NCBI GenBank assembly: GCA_017483735.1
Contig: JAFUVF010000004.1
Coordinates: 3,186 to 67,185 of the forward strand
DNA: 64,000 bases
DNA from: Lachnospiraceae bacterium
GTDB lineage: Bacteria; Bacillota; Clostridia; Lachnospirales; Lachnospiraceae
Direction: 5' to 3'
Shown: positions 8,717 through 17,951 of the stretch, piece by piece
Numbering within the stretch: the stretch's first letter is position 1
Layout of the letters: every line of letters begins with the position of its first letter
Position numbers and translations under genes: made by a program
The notes under the pieces: model-generated
What the model saw: only the letters and a program-made list of their open reading frames with translations
What the model was told of the DNA's origin: nothing
The model's database searches: none

Positions 8717-8908
8717 AATTATACCATTTCAATTCATTATAACAGGGAGGAAAGAAATGAAGAAGAAAGTATTAGCATTACTTCTCGCTTCTGCTATGGT
8801 TGCATCTCTTGCAGCCTGCGGCGGTACCTCTACCGACAACGGTGGATCTACCGATTCCGGCAACAGCGGAAGCACCACCACCACTTCCACCGACGGTGGA
8901 AACACCAC
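8717..8908. repeat. IR-R: high-identity core of the inverted repeat (5' UTR/SD plus first ~50 codons of SBP2)
   Basis: Partner of 7226-7412; see that entry. Confidence 0.85.
8718..8726 (-). promoter_or_regulatory. extended -10 promoter TGgTATAAT inside IR-R, oriented to drive the recombinase
   Basis: The minus strand reads TGGTATAAT, about 95 nt upstream of the recombinase ATG. I found no other good promoter between it and the gene. Confidence 0.45.
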
Positions 8909-10436
8909 TACCGCAGAGCCTTACGTACTTGATGAGCTCTACGTAATCGTTGACGGTACTCTTACTGCTACCGTTGACAGCGGTCAGGATGCTTTTATTG
9001 AGCAGTGGGAGCAGCTTGTAGGCGAAAAGATCGGACATCCCATCAAGCTTACCATCGAGCAGCCCGAGCACTCCGGCTATCAGGCAACAGTATCCCAGAT
9101 ACTGTCCACCAGACAGCAGAGCGATGCGGATTATCCCGATGCAATGATAATGAGCGCATCAATGTTCAGAGAGTATCAGACCACCGGTATTCTTTGGGAT
9201 ATGGCAAACGCTTATGACAACGCTGATTTCCATGCAAATGTCCGTTTCCAGAACAACGAGTTCAACAAGGACTCCCAGGGACGTATGTATGGTATCGCAC
9301 CTACCAGAGGAAACGGATGCGTTACCTATGTAAAGCAGACCTGGCTTGACGCAGTAGGCATGAAGCTTGATGACATCAAGACCTTCGATGACTACTACAA
9401 GATGCTCAAGGCATTTGCCGAGAACGACCCCGACGGCAACGGAAAGGGCGGCACCTACGGCGCTATCGCTGCCGGCTATGCAAATATCGGCGAGGCTCCT
9501 TACATCAACTATCTTCCTGAGTTCTGGCAGGGCGCATATCCCGCAATCCTCCAGAGAGACGGCGTATGGGTTGACGGATTCCAGGAGCAGGCTACCATCG
9601 ATGCTCTTACCAGACTCCATCAGGCTTATGTTGACGGTGTAATCGATCCCGATACCGAGGAAGCTGGCACCAAGCAGGCTCGTGAGAAGTTCTGGAATGC
9701 AGATCAGAGTGTTGCATCCGGAACCTTCGCATACTGGGCAGGAACCTGGTATAACAATATTACCAACAACATGATCAAGCAGGGCATTATGGCAGAGGGA
9801 GACCAGCAGAAGGATCTTGTAATGCTTCCTCCAATCAAGGAAATTCAGGACACCTGGGGCGGACTTATCGACAGAGAGGCTCCCGTTTGGGTAATCACTG
9901 ATGACGGCGACGGCGATGATTCCCGTGAGCAGGCTATCTTTGATGCTCTCATCGAGACCATGCTCGACGGCGACAAGGTAGAGACCCTCTGGGTATACGG
10001 TGCAGAGGATGTTCACTGGTCTGTAAAGGCTGAGGATTTCGAGACTGTTACCGGAGATGACAAGAAGGTTACCGAGTATCATTATGAGGACGGACAGTTC
10101 CACTTAAAGCAGTCCCCTAATGACCCTAACTCTATCTGGTCCAAGAACCACCTTGATCCCATCCTTGTAATCGTACCCCTTACCAACGGTTATGACGATC
10201 CCAACCCCGTTGTACAGGCAGGTAACGACTTCTTCAACAAGTATGCGATTGCAGCTCCTGTTTCACCCGCAAGTGAGACTCTTACCGAGATTCAGTCCGA
10301 GCTTACCGATGCTAAGAAGGTAGCTATCAATGCGGCCGTTACCGGCGAGAAGACTCCTGAGGAGGCTGTTGCAGAGTATGTTGCAGCTTGGGGAGATACC
10401 GTTCAGGGAATTCTTGACGAGTTAAACGCTCAGTAA
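8757..10436 (+). CDS. extracellular solute-binding lipoprotein (LplA/YtcQ-type), copy 2
   Basis: 559 aa. The signal peptide and linker match copy 1 (one extra Thr). The mature domain is roughly two-thirds identical to copy 1 by eye. Confidence 0.9.
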   Translation: MKKKVLALLLASAMVASLAACGGTSTDNGGSTDSGNSGSTTTTSTDGGNTTTAEPYVLDELYVIVDGTLTATVDSGQDAFIEQWEQLVGEKIGHPIKLTIEQPEHSGYQATVSQILSTRQQSDADYPDAMIMSASMFREYQTTGILWDMANAYDNADFHANVRFQNNEFNKDSQGRMYGIAPTRGNGCVTYVKQTWLDAVGMKLDDIKTFDDYYKMLKAFAENDPDGNGKGGTYGAIAAGYANIGEAPYINYLPEFWQGAYPAILQRDGVWVDGFQEQATIDALTRLHQAYVDGVIDPDTEEAGTKQAREKFWNADQSVASGTFAYWAGTWYNNITNNMIKQGIMAEGDQQKDLVMLPPIKEIQDTWGGLIDREAPVWVITDDGDGDDSREQAIFDALIETMLDGDKVETLWVYGAEDVHWSVKAEDFETVTGDDKKVTEYHYEDGQFHLKQSPNDPNSIWSKNHLDPILVIVPLTNGYDDPNPVVQAGNDFFNKYAIAAPVSPASETLTEIQSELTDAKKVAINAAVTGEKTPEEAVAEYVAAWGDTVQGILDELNAQ

Positions 10437-10472
10437 AAGTAAACCATTTATAAAGACATTTATGTTCTGTCA

Positions 10473-10500
10473 GATATCCCGTCCTTCGGGGCGGGATATC
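10473..10500 (+). promoter_or_regulatory. intercistronic stem-loop between the SBP and permease genes (copy 2)
   Basis: GATATCCCG...CGGGATATC forms a 9-bp outer stem with a GC-rich interior, followed by TTTAAAAAAAA. It occupies the same position as the copy-1 hairpin but has an unrelated sequence. Confidence 0.5.
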
Positions 10501-10532
10501 TTTAAAAAAAACGAAAGAGATGGGTAAAGCTT

Positions 10533-11495
10533 ATGGCAAAAAACAAATTTGAAACAACCTCAAACGGAGTGCCTATAAGACACAAGCCATTAGGAATGCG
10601 TATCTGGAACAACAGAGGGTTTTATCTCATGTTTCTTCCCGTGTTTATCTTCGTTCTAATCATCAACTATTGGCCTATGTTGGGTATCCGCTATTCATTC
10701 TATGACTACACAGTAAAGAAAATGGAATGGGTGGGGCTTAAACATTTCCAGGATATGTTCTCCGGCAAAAACTCTTCTGATTTCTGGAGATCATTTTTTA
10801 ACACACTTGAACTTTCGATAATGAAATTATTGATAACGACTGCCGCATCGGTAATCGTATCCGTATTTATAAATGAAATGGGCAATCTTCTTGCCAAAAA
10901 GACATTGCAGACAGTTATCTACCTGCCTCACTTCCTTTCATGGGCGGTTACGGCAGCTATATTTACTCTGTTCCTCTCAGCTTCATCTACAGGCTTTGTA
11001 AACGAGACCTTAAAGAGCTGGGGAGTACTGGAACGAAGTATAGACTTCCTGCATCTGCCAACGTGGTGGCGGCCTATCTTCTATCTCATAAACATATGGA
11101 AAGAGACAGGATGGGGAACGGTTATATTCCTTGCCACATTATCCGGTATCAATCCGGAGCTCTACGAGGCGGCGGATATAGACGGTGCAACCAGAATGCA
11201 GAAGATATGGTATGTAACAGTACCCGCCCTTGCAAACACGGTAATTATAGTGCTTATACTGAATCTTGCAAAGGTTCTCAATATGTTCGAGTCGGTATTC
11301 GTACTTTACAACACCAGAGTTTATGATGTGTCGGACGTTATCTCCACATACATCTACAGAAAGACCTTTATGGCTGCGGTTCCCAATTACGGCTTTACCA
11401 CCGCTGTAGGTCTGTTTAAATCTATTGTGGGCGCATTCCTTGTACTCGTCTGCAACTGGGCAAGCAAAAAAATCCGCGGACGCGGAATTATATAA
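10533..11495 (+). CDS. sugar ABC transporter permease (LplB/YteP-like), copy 2
   Basis: 320 aa, very similar to 4653-5612 along its whole length. Confidence 0.9.
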   Translation: MAKNKFETTSNGVPIRHKPLGMRIWNNRGFYLMFLPVFIFVLIINYWPMLGIRYSFYDYTVKKMEWVGLKHFQDMFSGKNSSDFWRSFFNTLELSIMKLLITTAASVIVSVFINEMGNLLAKKTLQTVIYLPHFLSWAVTAAIFTLFLSASSTGFVNETLKSWGVLERSIDFLHLPTWWRPIFYLINIWKETGWGTVIFLATLSGINPELYEAADIDGATRMQKIWYVTVPALANTVIIVLILNLAKVLNMFESVFVLYNTRVYDVSDVISTYIYRKTFMAAVPNYGFTTAVGLFKSIVGAFLVLVCNWASKKIRGRGII

Positions 11496-11509
11496 GGAGG
11501 GCTTGAAAA

Positions 11510-12373
11510 ATGGCAAAGGATATAGAATTCAGAAAGCCCAAGACAAAGATACATCTTTTCGATGTTATAAACTATATAGTGTTTGTTATTGTGGCGCTTA
11601 TCGTCCTTATTCCACTGTGGAAGATTGTGGTGGATTCCTTTAATGCAGTGGGTGTATACCAGTTCAGATTCTGGCCCAACCGCCCCACGGTAGCTGGATA
11701 CCTTACGATTTTCTCCACAAATAAGCTGTACAGACCCCTTCTCAATTCCTTTATCACTACGATATTCGGAACCTTGCTGGGGCTTGTGCTCTCCACTCTC
11801 GGAGGCTATGTACTAACTCAGGAGGAAATGCCCTTCAGAAACGGGTTGTCCTATTTTCTCCTGTTTACCATGATATTCTCCGGAGGACTTATCCCCGAGT
11901 ATCTGGTAATGAGACAGCTCCACCTTGTAAACAATATGTGGATATTGGTTGTTAAGCACGGTATGAACGTTTACAACCTCGTGCTTATGAGAAACTTCTT
12001 TGAAGGCATTCCCGGCTCCCTCTTTGAGGCGGCGAAGATAGATGGCTGCTCCCCTATGGGAATCTTCTTTAAGATAGTGCTTCCCCTTTCCAAGGCAGCA
12101 TTAGCGTCCATCGGACTTATGTTTGCGGTTACCGTATGGAACGATTATTCAACGGTTCAGATCTATATAAACAACCGTGATCAGGTAAACTTCCAGTACA
12201 TTCTTCGTGTAATGGTCATGGACGGAGATACGCCGACGACACAGTATGCGGTATCACAGAATACCCTGTACTATGCGGCGATAGTCGTAGCCATCCTGCC
12301 ATTCATGGTGCTGTACCCGTTCTTGCAGAAGTATTTCGTACAGGGCGTAAATGTAGGTGCAGTAAAGGAATAA
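11510..12373 (+). CDS. carbohydrate ABC transporter permease (LplC/YtcP-like), copy 2
   Basis: 287 aa. It shares long identical protein runs with 3775-4638, for example NNMWILVVKHGMNVYNLVLMRNFFEGIPGSLFEAAKIDGCSPMGIFFKIVLPLSKAALASIGLM. Confidence 0.9.
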   Translation: MAKDIEFRKPKTKIHLFDVINYIVFVIVALIVLIPLWKIVVDSFNAVGVYQFRFWPNRPTVAGYLTIFSTNKLYRPLLNSFITTIFGTLLGLVLSTLGGYVLTQEEMPFRNGLSYFLLFTMIFSGGLIPEYLVMRQLHLVNNMWILVVKHGMNVYNLVLMRNFFEGIPGSLFEAAKIDGCSPMGIFFKIVLPLSKAALASIGLMFAVTVWNDYSTVQIYINNRDQVNFQYILRVMVMDGDTPTTQYAVSQNTLYYAAIVVAILPFMVLYPFLQKYFVQGVNVGAVKE

Positions 12374-12384
12374 TTATCAAAGCT

Positions 12385-12414
12385 AAAGGCTGCGGAACCT
12401 CCGCAGCCTTTTTT
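12385..12414. terminator. bidirectional rho-independent terminator between convergent genes
   Basis: The sequence is AAAGGCTGCGG-AACCT-CCGCAGCCTTTTTT, with an A-run on one side and a T-run on the other. It lies between the permease stop and the ispD stop. Confidence 0.75.
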
Positions 12415-13141
12415 ATATCCTTTTTTCGATTATCCTCTGCGCTATTCCCACATCCTCCGGCGTCGTTATCTTGATATTCTCATAGCTTCCGAGGGTTAGC
12501 TTTACCTTTTTATCCGTATACAGCTCGCATAACGAGGCATCATCGGTTATATTTATGCCCTCGGAAATGAGCTTATCCGCCTCATCCTCGAATTTAAAGT
12601 AGGCATCCCTTATAAGCTTATATTCAAAAACCTGCGGTGTCTGTATGTTCCAAACCCTGCTTCTGTCGGGTGTCTCCTTCACAAAGCCCTCTTCGTCCGC
12701 TATCTTTACAGTATCCTTGGAGGGCACCGCTGCGACACAGGCTCCACACTCGCGCACATCATTGTACAGCCTCTCTAACATCTCCTCATCCACAAAGGGT
12801 CTTGCCCCGTCCTGAACAAAGATATATCCATCACCTTCGATAAGTCCTTCATCCTCTATATAATGAAGCGCATTTGCTACGGAAAAATACCTCTCGCTCC
12901 CTCCGCAAGCAATACCGCAGACCTTCTTAAAGCTATGCGCCTCCACAATCTCCCTGCGTACCCTTTCGACATCCTGCGCTCCCGCTACAAGCACGATGCC
13001 TTCTATAATATTCGAGGCTTCAAATGCATTCAGGGCATACCATATGAGAGGATGCCCCGATATTTCCATATATTGCTTGGGTACAGCGCCGCCCATGCGG
13101 CTGCCGCTCCCCCCTGCGAGGATTATACCTATATTTTTCAT
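12413..13141 (-). CDS. ispD: 2-C-methyl-D-erythritol 4-phosphate cytidylyltransferase
   Basis: 242 aa with the N-terminal motif ILAGGSGSRMGGAVPKQY and IspD-like length and pattern. Confidence 0.85.
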   Translation of the reverse strand: MKNIGIILAGGSGSRMGGAVPKQYMEISGHPLIWYALNAFEASNIIEGIVLVAGAQDVERVRREIVEAHSFKKVCGIACGGSERYFSVANALHYIEDEGLIEGDGYIFVQDGARPFVDEEMLERLYNDVRECGACVAAVPSKDTVKIADEEGFVKETPDRSRVWNIQTPQVFEYKLIRDAYFKFEDEADKLISEGINITDDASLCELYTDKKVKLTLGSYENIKITTPEDVGIAQRIIEKRI

Positions 13142-13142
13142 A

Positions 13143-14174
13143 TTATCCCCCTAATTTAAGGTTCGGCACCGCATTCAGCGTGTAGTCATCCCTCACTCCC
13201 TTTATGAATTCGTAGTATCCTGCGCAGGCTATCATCGCACCATTGTCCGTGCAGAGTATGGGAGCTGGTCTGTAAAAGCTTATGCCCTGCTTTTCGCACT
13301 CCGTTTCAAATGCTTCTCTGAGCGCAAAGTTGGACGCAACGCCGCCGGCAATGGCGAATTTGTCATATCCGTATTCCTTCACAGCCCTTATCGAATGCTC
13401 CACAAGTACGTCGCATACCGCTTTCTGGAAGGAAGCCGCCACATCGGCGGTATTGACCTCCTCTCCCTTCATATTACAGCCGTTTATGTAGTTGAGCACA
13501 GCGCTCTTTAAGCCACTGAAGGAAAAATCATAATCGTTCCCTTCAACCCTGGCTCTGGGGAAGTCTATGGCATATGGATTCCCTTCCCTTGCAAGCTTAT
13601 CTATCTTCGGACCTCCGGGGTATCCCAGTCCTATAGCCCTTGCCACCTTGTCAAAGGCTTCTCCTGCAGCGTCATCCCTCGTGCGCCCTATTACCTCATA
13701 TTCTCCGTAATCCTTCACAACCACCAGATGTGAATGTCCTCCGGATGCCACAAGGCATACAAAGGGTGGCTTAAGCTGCTTATTCTCGATATAATTTGCG
13801 CTTATATGCCCTTCAATATGATGTACTCCCACAAGTGGTAGCCCCGCAGCGAAGCTCATAGCCTTGGCTTCCGCCACTCCAACAAGAAGCGGTCCCACAA
13901 GCCCCGGCCCGTAGGTAACGGCGATGGCATCCATATCCTTAAGCTCCATACACGCCGAAGCAAGCGCTTCCTTAATTACCTGATTTATGCGCTCTATGTG
14001 CTTCCTCGACGCTATCTCCGGTACCACGCCGCCGTACAGGGTGTGTATCGGTACCTGTGATGATATAATATTAGAAAGCAGCTCTCTGCCGTTTTTCACA
14101 ACAGACGCTGCCGTTTCATCACAGGATGTTTCTATTCCCAATATGTATATGTCCTTTTCGGTGCTGACATTCAT
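13143..14174 (-). CDS. tsaD: tRNA N6-adenosine threonylcarbamoyltransferase
   Basis: 343 aa with Kae1/Gcp/TsaD hallmarks ([26 protein letters not shown]). Confidence 0.95.
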   Translation of the reverse strand: MNVSTEKDIYILGIETSCDETAASVVKNGRELLSNIISSQVPIHTLYGGVVPEIASRKHIERINQVIKEALASACMELKDMDAIAVTYGPGLVGPLLVGVAEAKAMSFAAGLPLVGVHHIEGHISANYIENKQLKPPFVCLVASGGHSHLVVVKDYGEYEVIGRTRDDAAGEAFDKVARAIGLGYPGGPKIDKLAREGNPYAIDFPRARVEGNDYDFSFSGLKSAVLNYINGCNMKGEEVNTADVAASFQKAVCDVLVEHSIRAVKEYGYDKFAIAGGVASNFALREAFETECEKQGISFYRPAPILCTDNGAMIACAGYYEFIKGVRDDYTLNAVPNLKLGG

Positions 14175-14175
14175 T

Positions 14176-14871
14176 TTATTGTCCTACGTTCGGTATATTT
14201 ATCTGAACCTTGGGTATTTCAACCGTAGGTATCTCAACATTCCCTGTCTCCTGATTCTGATTAGAGGTAAGTCCTGCCTCTGCAGCCGCCTGAGCCGCCA
14301 TGAATTCGGACTCAGACTCCCAGCCGTATATCTTCCAGCGGTTGGTGCCTGACTCACGCTTCAGAAGATATACCTCCCGGATGATCTGGCTCATGCCGCC
14401 CTCAACCATGGTGTAGCTGCAGGTAAGTCTGGCATATGAAATACCGTCTATGGTAAGGGGCTCCACATTTGCCGCCTTTGGTTCCACATAATTTGTTATC
14501 CTGCGGTTCTTATTTCTGAACTCCGCAATATCACTTTTTAAATTCTGAATATAGTCCTGTTCCGGGTTATTGAGAAGCAAATCATTATCATAGAGCTCCC
14601 TTGCCTTCATCCCAAGCTCCTCAATCTCATCATCCGTACACTGCCCGTCATAGAAGCATTCCATTATCTGATGATAATATTTCATAAGCTCCTTGGGCGT
14701 TGACGGATAATCGGACTTTAAATTCCTCGAAAGGACGGACTGAATCAGAGTCATATCCACATCCGTGTTTCTGACCCTTGTCTTGTTTGAGAGATAGGCA
14801 TAATATCCCACCACCGCAAACACCAGAAGTATCAATATTACAGAAATTTTTGTCGCACCCGACTTCTTCAT
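14176..14871 (-). CDS. hypothetical membrane-anchored protein
   Basis: 231 aa with a single N-terminal TM helix ([19 protein letters not shown]) and a soluble domain. It lies inside the rnz-tsaD operon. I recognise no family. Confidence 0.6.
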   Translation of the reverse strand: MKKSGATKISVILILLVFAVVGYYAYLSNKTRVRNTDVDMTLIQSVLSRNLKSDYPSTPKELMKYYHQIMECFYDGQCTDDEIEELGMKARELYDNDLLLNNPEQDYIQNLKSDIAEFRNKNRRITNYVEPKAANVEPLTIDGISYARLTCSYTMVEGGMSQIIREVYLLKRESGTNRWKIYGWESESEFMAAQAAAEAGLTSNQNQETGNVEIPTVEIPKVQINIPNVGQ

Positions 14872-14892
14872 TATTTCCTCTGTGACGGCAGA

Positions 14893-15804
14893 CTACTCAT
14901 CTGTAAAATCAAGCTCCGTTCTCCTGCCGTCCTTAGCTATTACCGTTCTGTCGAAAATCTTCCTTACAGCATCCTTAAAATTCTCCGGATGCCCCATTGA
15001 GGGACTGTAGTGTGTGAGCCACAATTCCGGCACATCCAGCTCTCTTCCTATTTCCGCCGCCTCGTACATAGTCATATGTTTTTTTTCTCTGGCATCCTTC
15101 TGCTTGTCCGCCTCGCCGTACATCCCTTCGAGAATGAGAAGGTCCGCACCTTTTCCATTCTCCATAATGCTCTCTGTAGGGCGGGTGTCCGTGGAGTAGG
15201 TTACCTTAAGACCCTTCCTTGCGCCTCCCAGCACCATGTCCGGCGTGTATACCGTTCCGTTGTCCTCTATGCTCTCCCCCTTTTGAAGCCTGCTCCAGAG
15301 CTTCATGGGAATGCCCTGTGCTTCCGCTCTCTCCCGGTCAAACCTCCCCTGTCTGTCCACTACAAGGCTATATCCATAGCATAACACATTATGGTTTACC
15401 TTGAAAGCCTCAATGCGAAAACCCTCAAAATAAAATGTATCAAATTCTCCGTCTATCTCTATGCACTCCACAAGAAAGGGGAGCTTAGGGGCGATCACTC
15501 GCAACGAACTTACCACCCTGTTTAAGCCCTTGGGGCCGATAATAGTAACAGGCTCCGTGCGGTCCGCATTTCCCATCGCAAGCAGCATCCCCGGAAGTCC
15601 GCTGACATGATCCGCATGATAGTGGGTCAGACAGATTATGTCTATGGGGTTGGGTGAAAAGCCCGCCCTGCTTAAAGCAATCTGGGTTCCCTCGCCGCAG
15701 TCTATGAGTACGTCATTGCCGTTGTACCTCATAAGAAGCGAGGTTAGCCACCTGTATGTGAGAGGCATCATACCTCCGGTTCCCAAAAGGCAAACATCTA
15801 TCAT
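14893..15804 (-). CDS. rnz: ribonuclease Z
   Basis: 303 aa metallo-beta-lactamase fold with HYHADHVSG (HxHxDH). The N-terminus MIDVCLLGTGGMMP is typical of RNase Z. Confidence 0.85.
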   Translation of the reverse strand: MIDVCLLGTGGMMPLTYRWLTSLLMRYNGNDVLIDCGEGTQIALSRAGFSPNPIDIICLTHYHADHVSGLPGMLLAMGNADRTEPVTIIGPKGLNRVVSSLRVIAPKLPFLVECIEIDGEFDTFYFEGFRIEAFKVNHNVLCYGYSLVVDRQGRFDRERAEAQGIPMKLWSRLQKGESIEDNGTVYTPDMVLGGARKGLKVTYSTDTRPTESIMENGKGADLLILEGMYGEADKQKDAREKKHMTMYEAAEIGRELDVPELWLTHYSPSMGHPENFKDAVRKIFDRTVIAKDGRRTELDFTDE

Positions 15805-15810
15805 TAAGCT

Positions 15811-16278
15811 TTAATTCCTTTTCCACATTATAAGCGCATCTTCCTTCGGCGCATCATAAAATCCAGGTCTTACTCCCTCGGACACGAAGCCATGCTTCTC
15901 GTAGAGTCCTATGGCCGGCGCATTGGATACTCTGACCTCCAGAGTATAGGCGCTTATGCCCTCCGCATCTCCGGTGCGTATCAGCTCTGAAAGCAGCGCA
16001 TCCGCAATGCCCATCCGCCTGAGGTCCTTTTTTACCATGACCTTGTCGATTTCGCCCTCTCCTGCGGCGTTTTTCAAGCCCGCAAGCCCTACGGGGCTTC
16101 CCTCATATTCCGCCGTGAGATATATGCCGTATTGAATATCTGCAAGCTCCGAAATGGCTTTTTTTGACCACGGCATACTGAAGGCTTCTTTTTCTATTTT
16201 CGCAAGCTCTTCGGCATCGGATGCAAGCATTTTCCTTATGCGAAGCTTATCCTTCATCTCATTTGGCTCTGCCTTCAC
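15811..16278 (-). CDS. rimI: ribosomal-protein-alanine N-acetyltransferase (GNAT)
   Basis: 155 aa GNAT motif (RRMGIADALL), in the conserved tsaE-tsaB-rimI context. Confidence 0.75.
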   Translation of the reverse strand: MKAEPNEMKDKLRIRKMLASDAEELAKIEKEAFSMPWSKKAISELADIQYGIYLTAEYEGSPVGLAGLKNAAGEGEIDKVMVKKDLRRMGIADALLSELIRTGDAEGISAYTLEVRVSNAPAIGLYEKHGFVSEGVRPGFYDAPKEDALIMWKRN

Positions 16279-16981
16279 GTTCGGCCTTCTCCCTCTCCGC
16301 CTGACTTACCCTGAAATACTCAGGGGCGTGCAAATCGGGATCAATGCCTTTCCCTTCTGAAAAATATATTTCTCCCAAAAGTGCAATATTGGCTCCCCTC
16401 TGTCTGTTTCGTCCTGCGGGAGCAAAGGAAAACCTTTCCTTCACATTGTCACATATATATTTTTCGTGAACAGGAGCTCCGTCTCCCAAAAATATAATCT
16501 CACGTCCAAAGGCATTTACGTTAATCAAAAGCTCCTCGACACTCACGGCACAGGGAGCCAGAAGAGCATTTAATCTGTAATCCTTTCCCATTCCTTTGAA
16601 CTCATAAATGGCAGTATATACCTGATCTCTTCTTGCATCCATAAGAGGGCATATAAGCTTCTCGCTCCCCCACATATTCATTGCGATGCCCTCCAGAGTA
16701 GGCACCTCGACAATGGGTATATCAAGTGCAAGGGCAAGCCCTTTTGCCGTAGCGCTCCCTATCCTTAGCCCCGTGAAGGACCCCGGTCCGGAGGCGACGG
16801 CTATTGCGTCCACCTTGCTTAAGTCAAGCTCGCACATACGCTTTATTTCGTCCAGCATAGGAAGAAGCGTCTGGGAGTGGGTCTTTTTGTATTCAACTGT
16901 ATACTCTGCGGTCAGCACCGAATCCGACACAAGCGCTACACTTGCCGTAAGTCCCGAGCTGTCCAGCCCTATTATCTTCAT
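16259..16981 (-). CDS. tsaB: tRNA threonylcarbamoyladenosine biosynthesis protein TsaB
   Basis: 240 aa YeaZ-like protein (IIGLDSSGLTASVALV, GPGSFTGLRIG), located between tsaE and rimI. Confidence 0.9.
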   Translation of the reverse strand: MKIIGLDSSGLTASVALVSDSVLTAEYTVEYKKTHSQTLLPMLDEIKRMCELDLSKVDAIAVASGPGSFTGLRIGSATAKGLALALDIPIVEVPTLEGIAMNMWGSEKLICPLMDARRDQVYTAIYEFKGMGKDYRLNALLAPCAVSVEELLINVNAFGREIIFLGDGAPVHEKYICDNVKERFSFAPAGRNRQRGANIALLGEIYFSEGKGIDPDLHAPEYFRVSQAEREKAEREGRAK

Positions 16982-17418
16982 TCTGCGCTTCCCGTATGCT
17001 TCACGGTAATCCTTCTGTAATCAAAGCCCTTTTCCGGCTCCTTTTCTATGGTTATGTCCGTATATCCTACGGGCAGTATCTCCGCTATGAGCTCCGCCCA
17101 CTCTATGAGTGTGATGCCTTCTCCGTAGAAGTAATCCTCATATCCTATCTCGTCCATCTCATAAACATCGCCTATGCGGTATACGTCCATATGATACAGG
17201 GGGAGTCTGCCGCTCTCATATATCTTTAGTATCGTAAAGGTTGGGGAGCTTACGTTCTCCTCAATTCCAAGTCCCTTTGCAAAGCCCTTCGTAAATACGG
17301 TCTTGCCGACACCGAGCTCCCCGTTCAGGGTATATATTTCGCCTTTTTTTGCCTCACAGCCCATTCTGTAGCCGAGCTCAAAGGTCTCCAGCTCCGAATG
17401 GCTCTCGTGGAAATCCAT
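16978..17418 (-). CDS. tsaE: tRNA threonylcarbamoyladenosine biosynthesis ATPase TsaE
   Basis: 146 aa with Walker A GELGVGKT and the SPTFT motif of YjeE/TsaE. Confidence 0.9.
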   Translation of the reverse strand: MDFHESHSELETFELGYRMGCEAKKGEIYTLNGELGVGKTVFTKGFAKGLGIEENVSSPTFTILKIYESGRLPLYHMDVYRIGDVYEMDEIGYEDYFYGEGITLIEWAELIAEILPVGYTDITIEKEPEKGFDYRRITVKHTGSAE

Positions 17419-17424
17419 ATGGCA

Positions 17425-17901
17425 TCAACCCCTTATCTTTACCTTGTCCGCAGGCATATGCGTGGAAATAAACTCAATGAGCGCCGCCGTATTGTCCTTA
17501 AGCTGCGCCTTGGGAAATATGGTCGCATTTATCCTTGATGTATATAATATTATGCTCCTGCCCGTGGATACAGCCTTTACCATATTCTTCCACTCAGCCT
17601 TCGTGACCGCCTCTCCCTGGGATATCTCCATGCCCTCATCGTCAAAAACATAATGGAGAGGCTTCTTAAATGCAGGATTTCCCGTCGCCTGTCCTGCACT
17701 CTTTATAAAAAGCGCCACAGGAAGGTACAAAAGGAGTATTATTCCCCATATTATGAACATCCATGTCCCCTTTGCCACGCCTGCAATGAAAAGAAGCGCT
17801 CCGACGGAGGTTCCCATTATCCCGCCTGCTGATGAATAATTATGTCTGAGCATATAGTCATACAGGTCTCTGGTGCCTATCTTTATATCGAATTCAAGCA
17901 T
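17425..17901 (-). CDS. YcxB-like membrane protein (hypothetical)
   Basis: 158 aa with two central TM helices and a C-terminal soluble segment. It resembles YcxB-family proteins, but the assignment is weak. Confidence 0.45.
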   Translation of the reverse strand: MLEFDIKIGTRDLYDYMLRHNYSSAGGIMGTSVGALLFIAGVAKGTWMFIIWGIILLLYLPVALFIKSAGQATGNPAFKKPLHYVFDDEGMEISQGEAVTKAEWKNMVKAVSTGRSIILYTSRINATIFPKAQLKDNTAALIEFISTHMPADKVKIRG

Positions 17902-17951
17902 ATTATCCTCTTTTTTTGTACACTAACATGTCAAGGAGCTTTCGCCCCTTG

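Larger units (their letters stand above)
8717..12373. repeat. right arm of the ~3.6-kb inverted duplication
   Basis: Partner of 3775-7412, with the same gene order and spacing, including an intercistronic hairpin after the SBP gene. Confidence 0.9.

Noticed and set aside
3775-12373. Absence of an ABC ATPase gene in either duplicated operon, and in the 37262-40375 transporter.
   Set aside because: This is not an anomaly. CUT1-family sugar importers in Firmicutes commonly share a separately encoded MsmK/MsmX-type ATPase.
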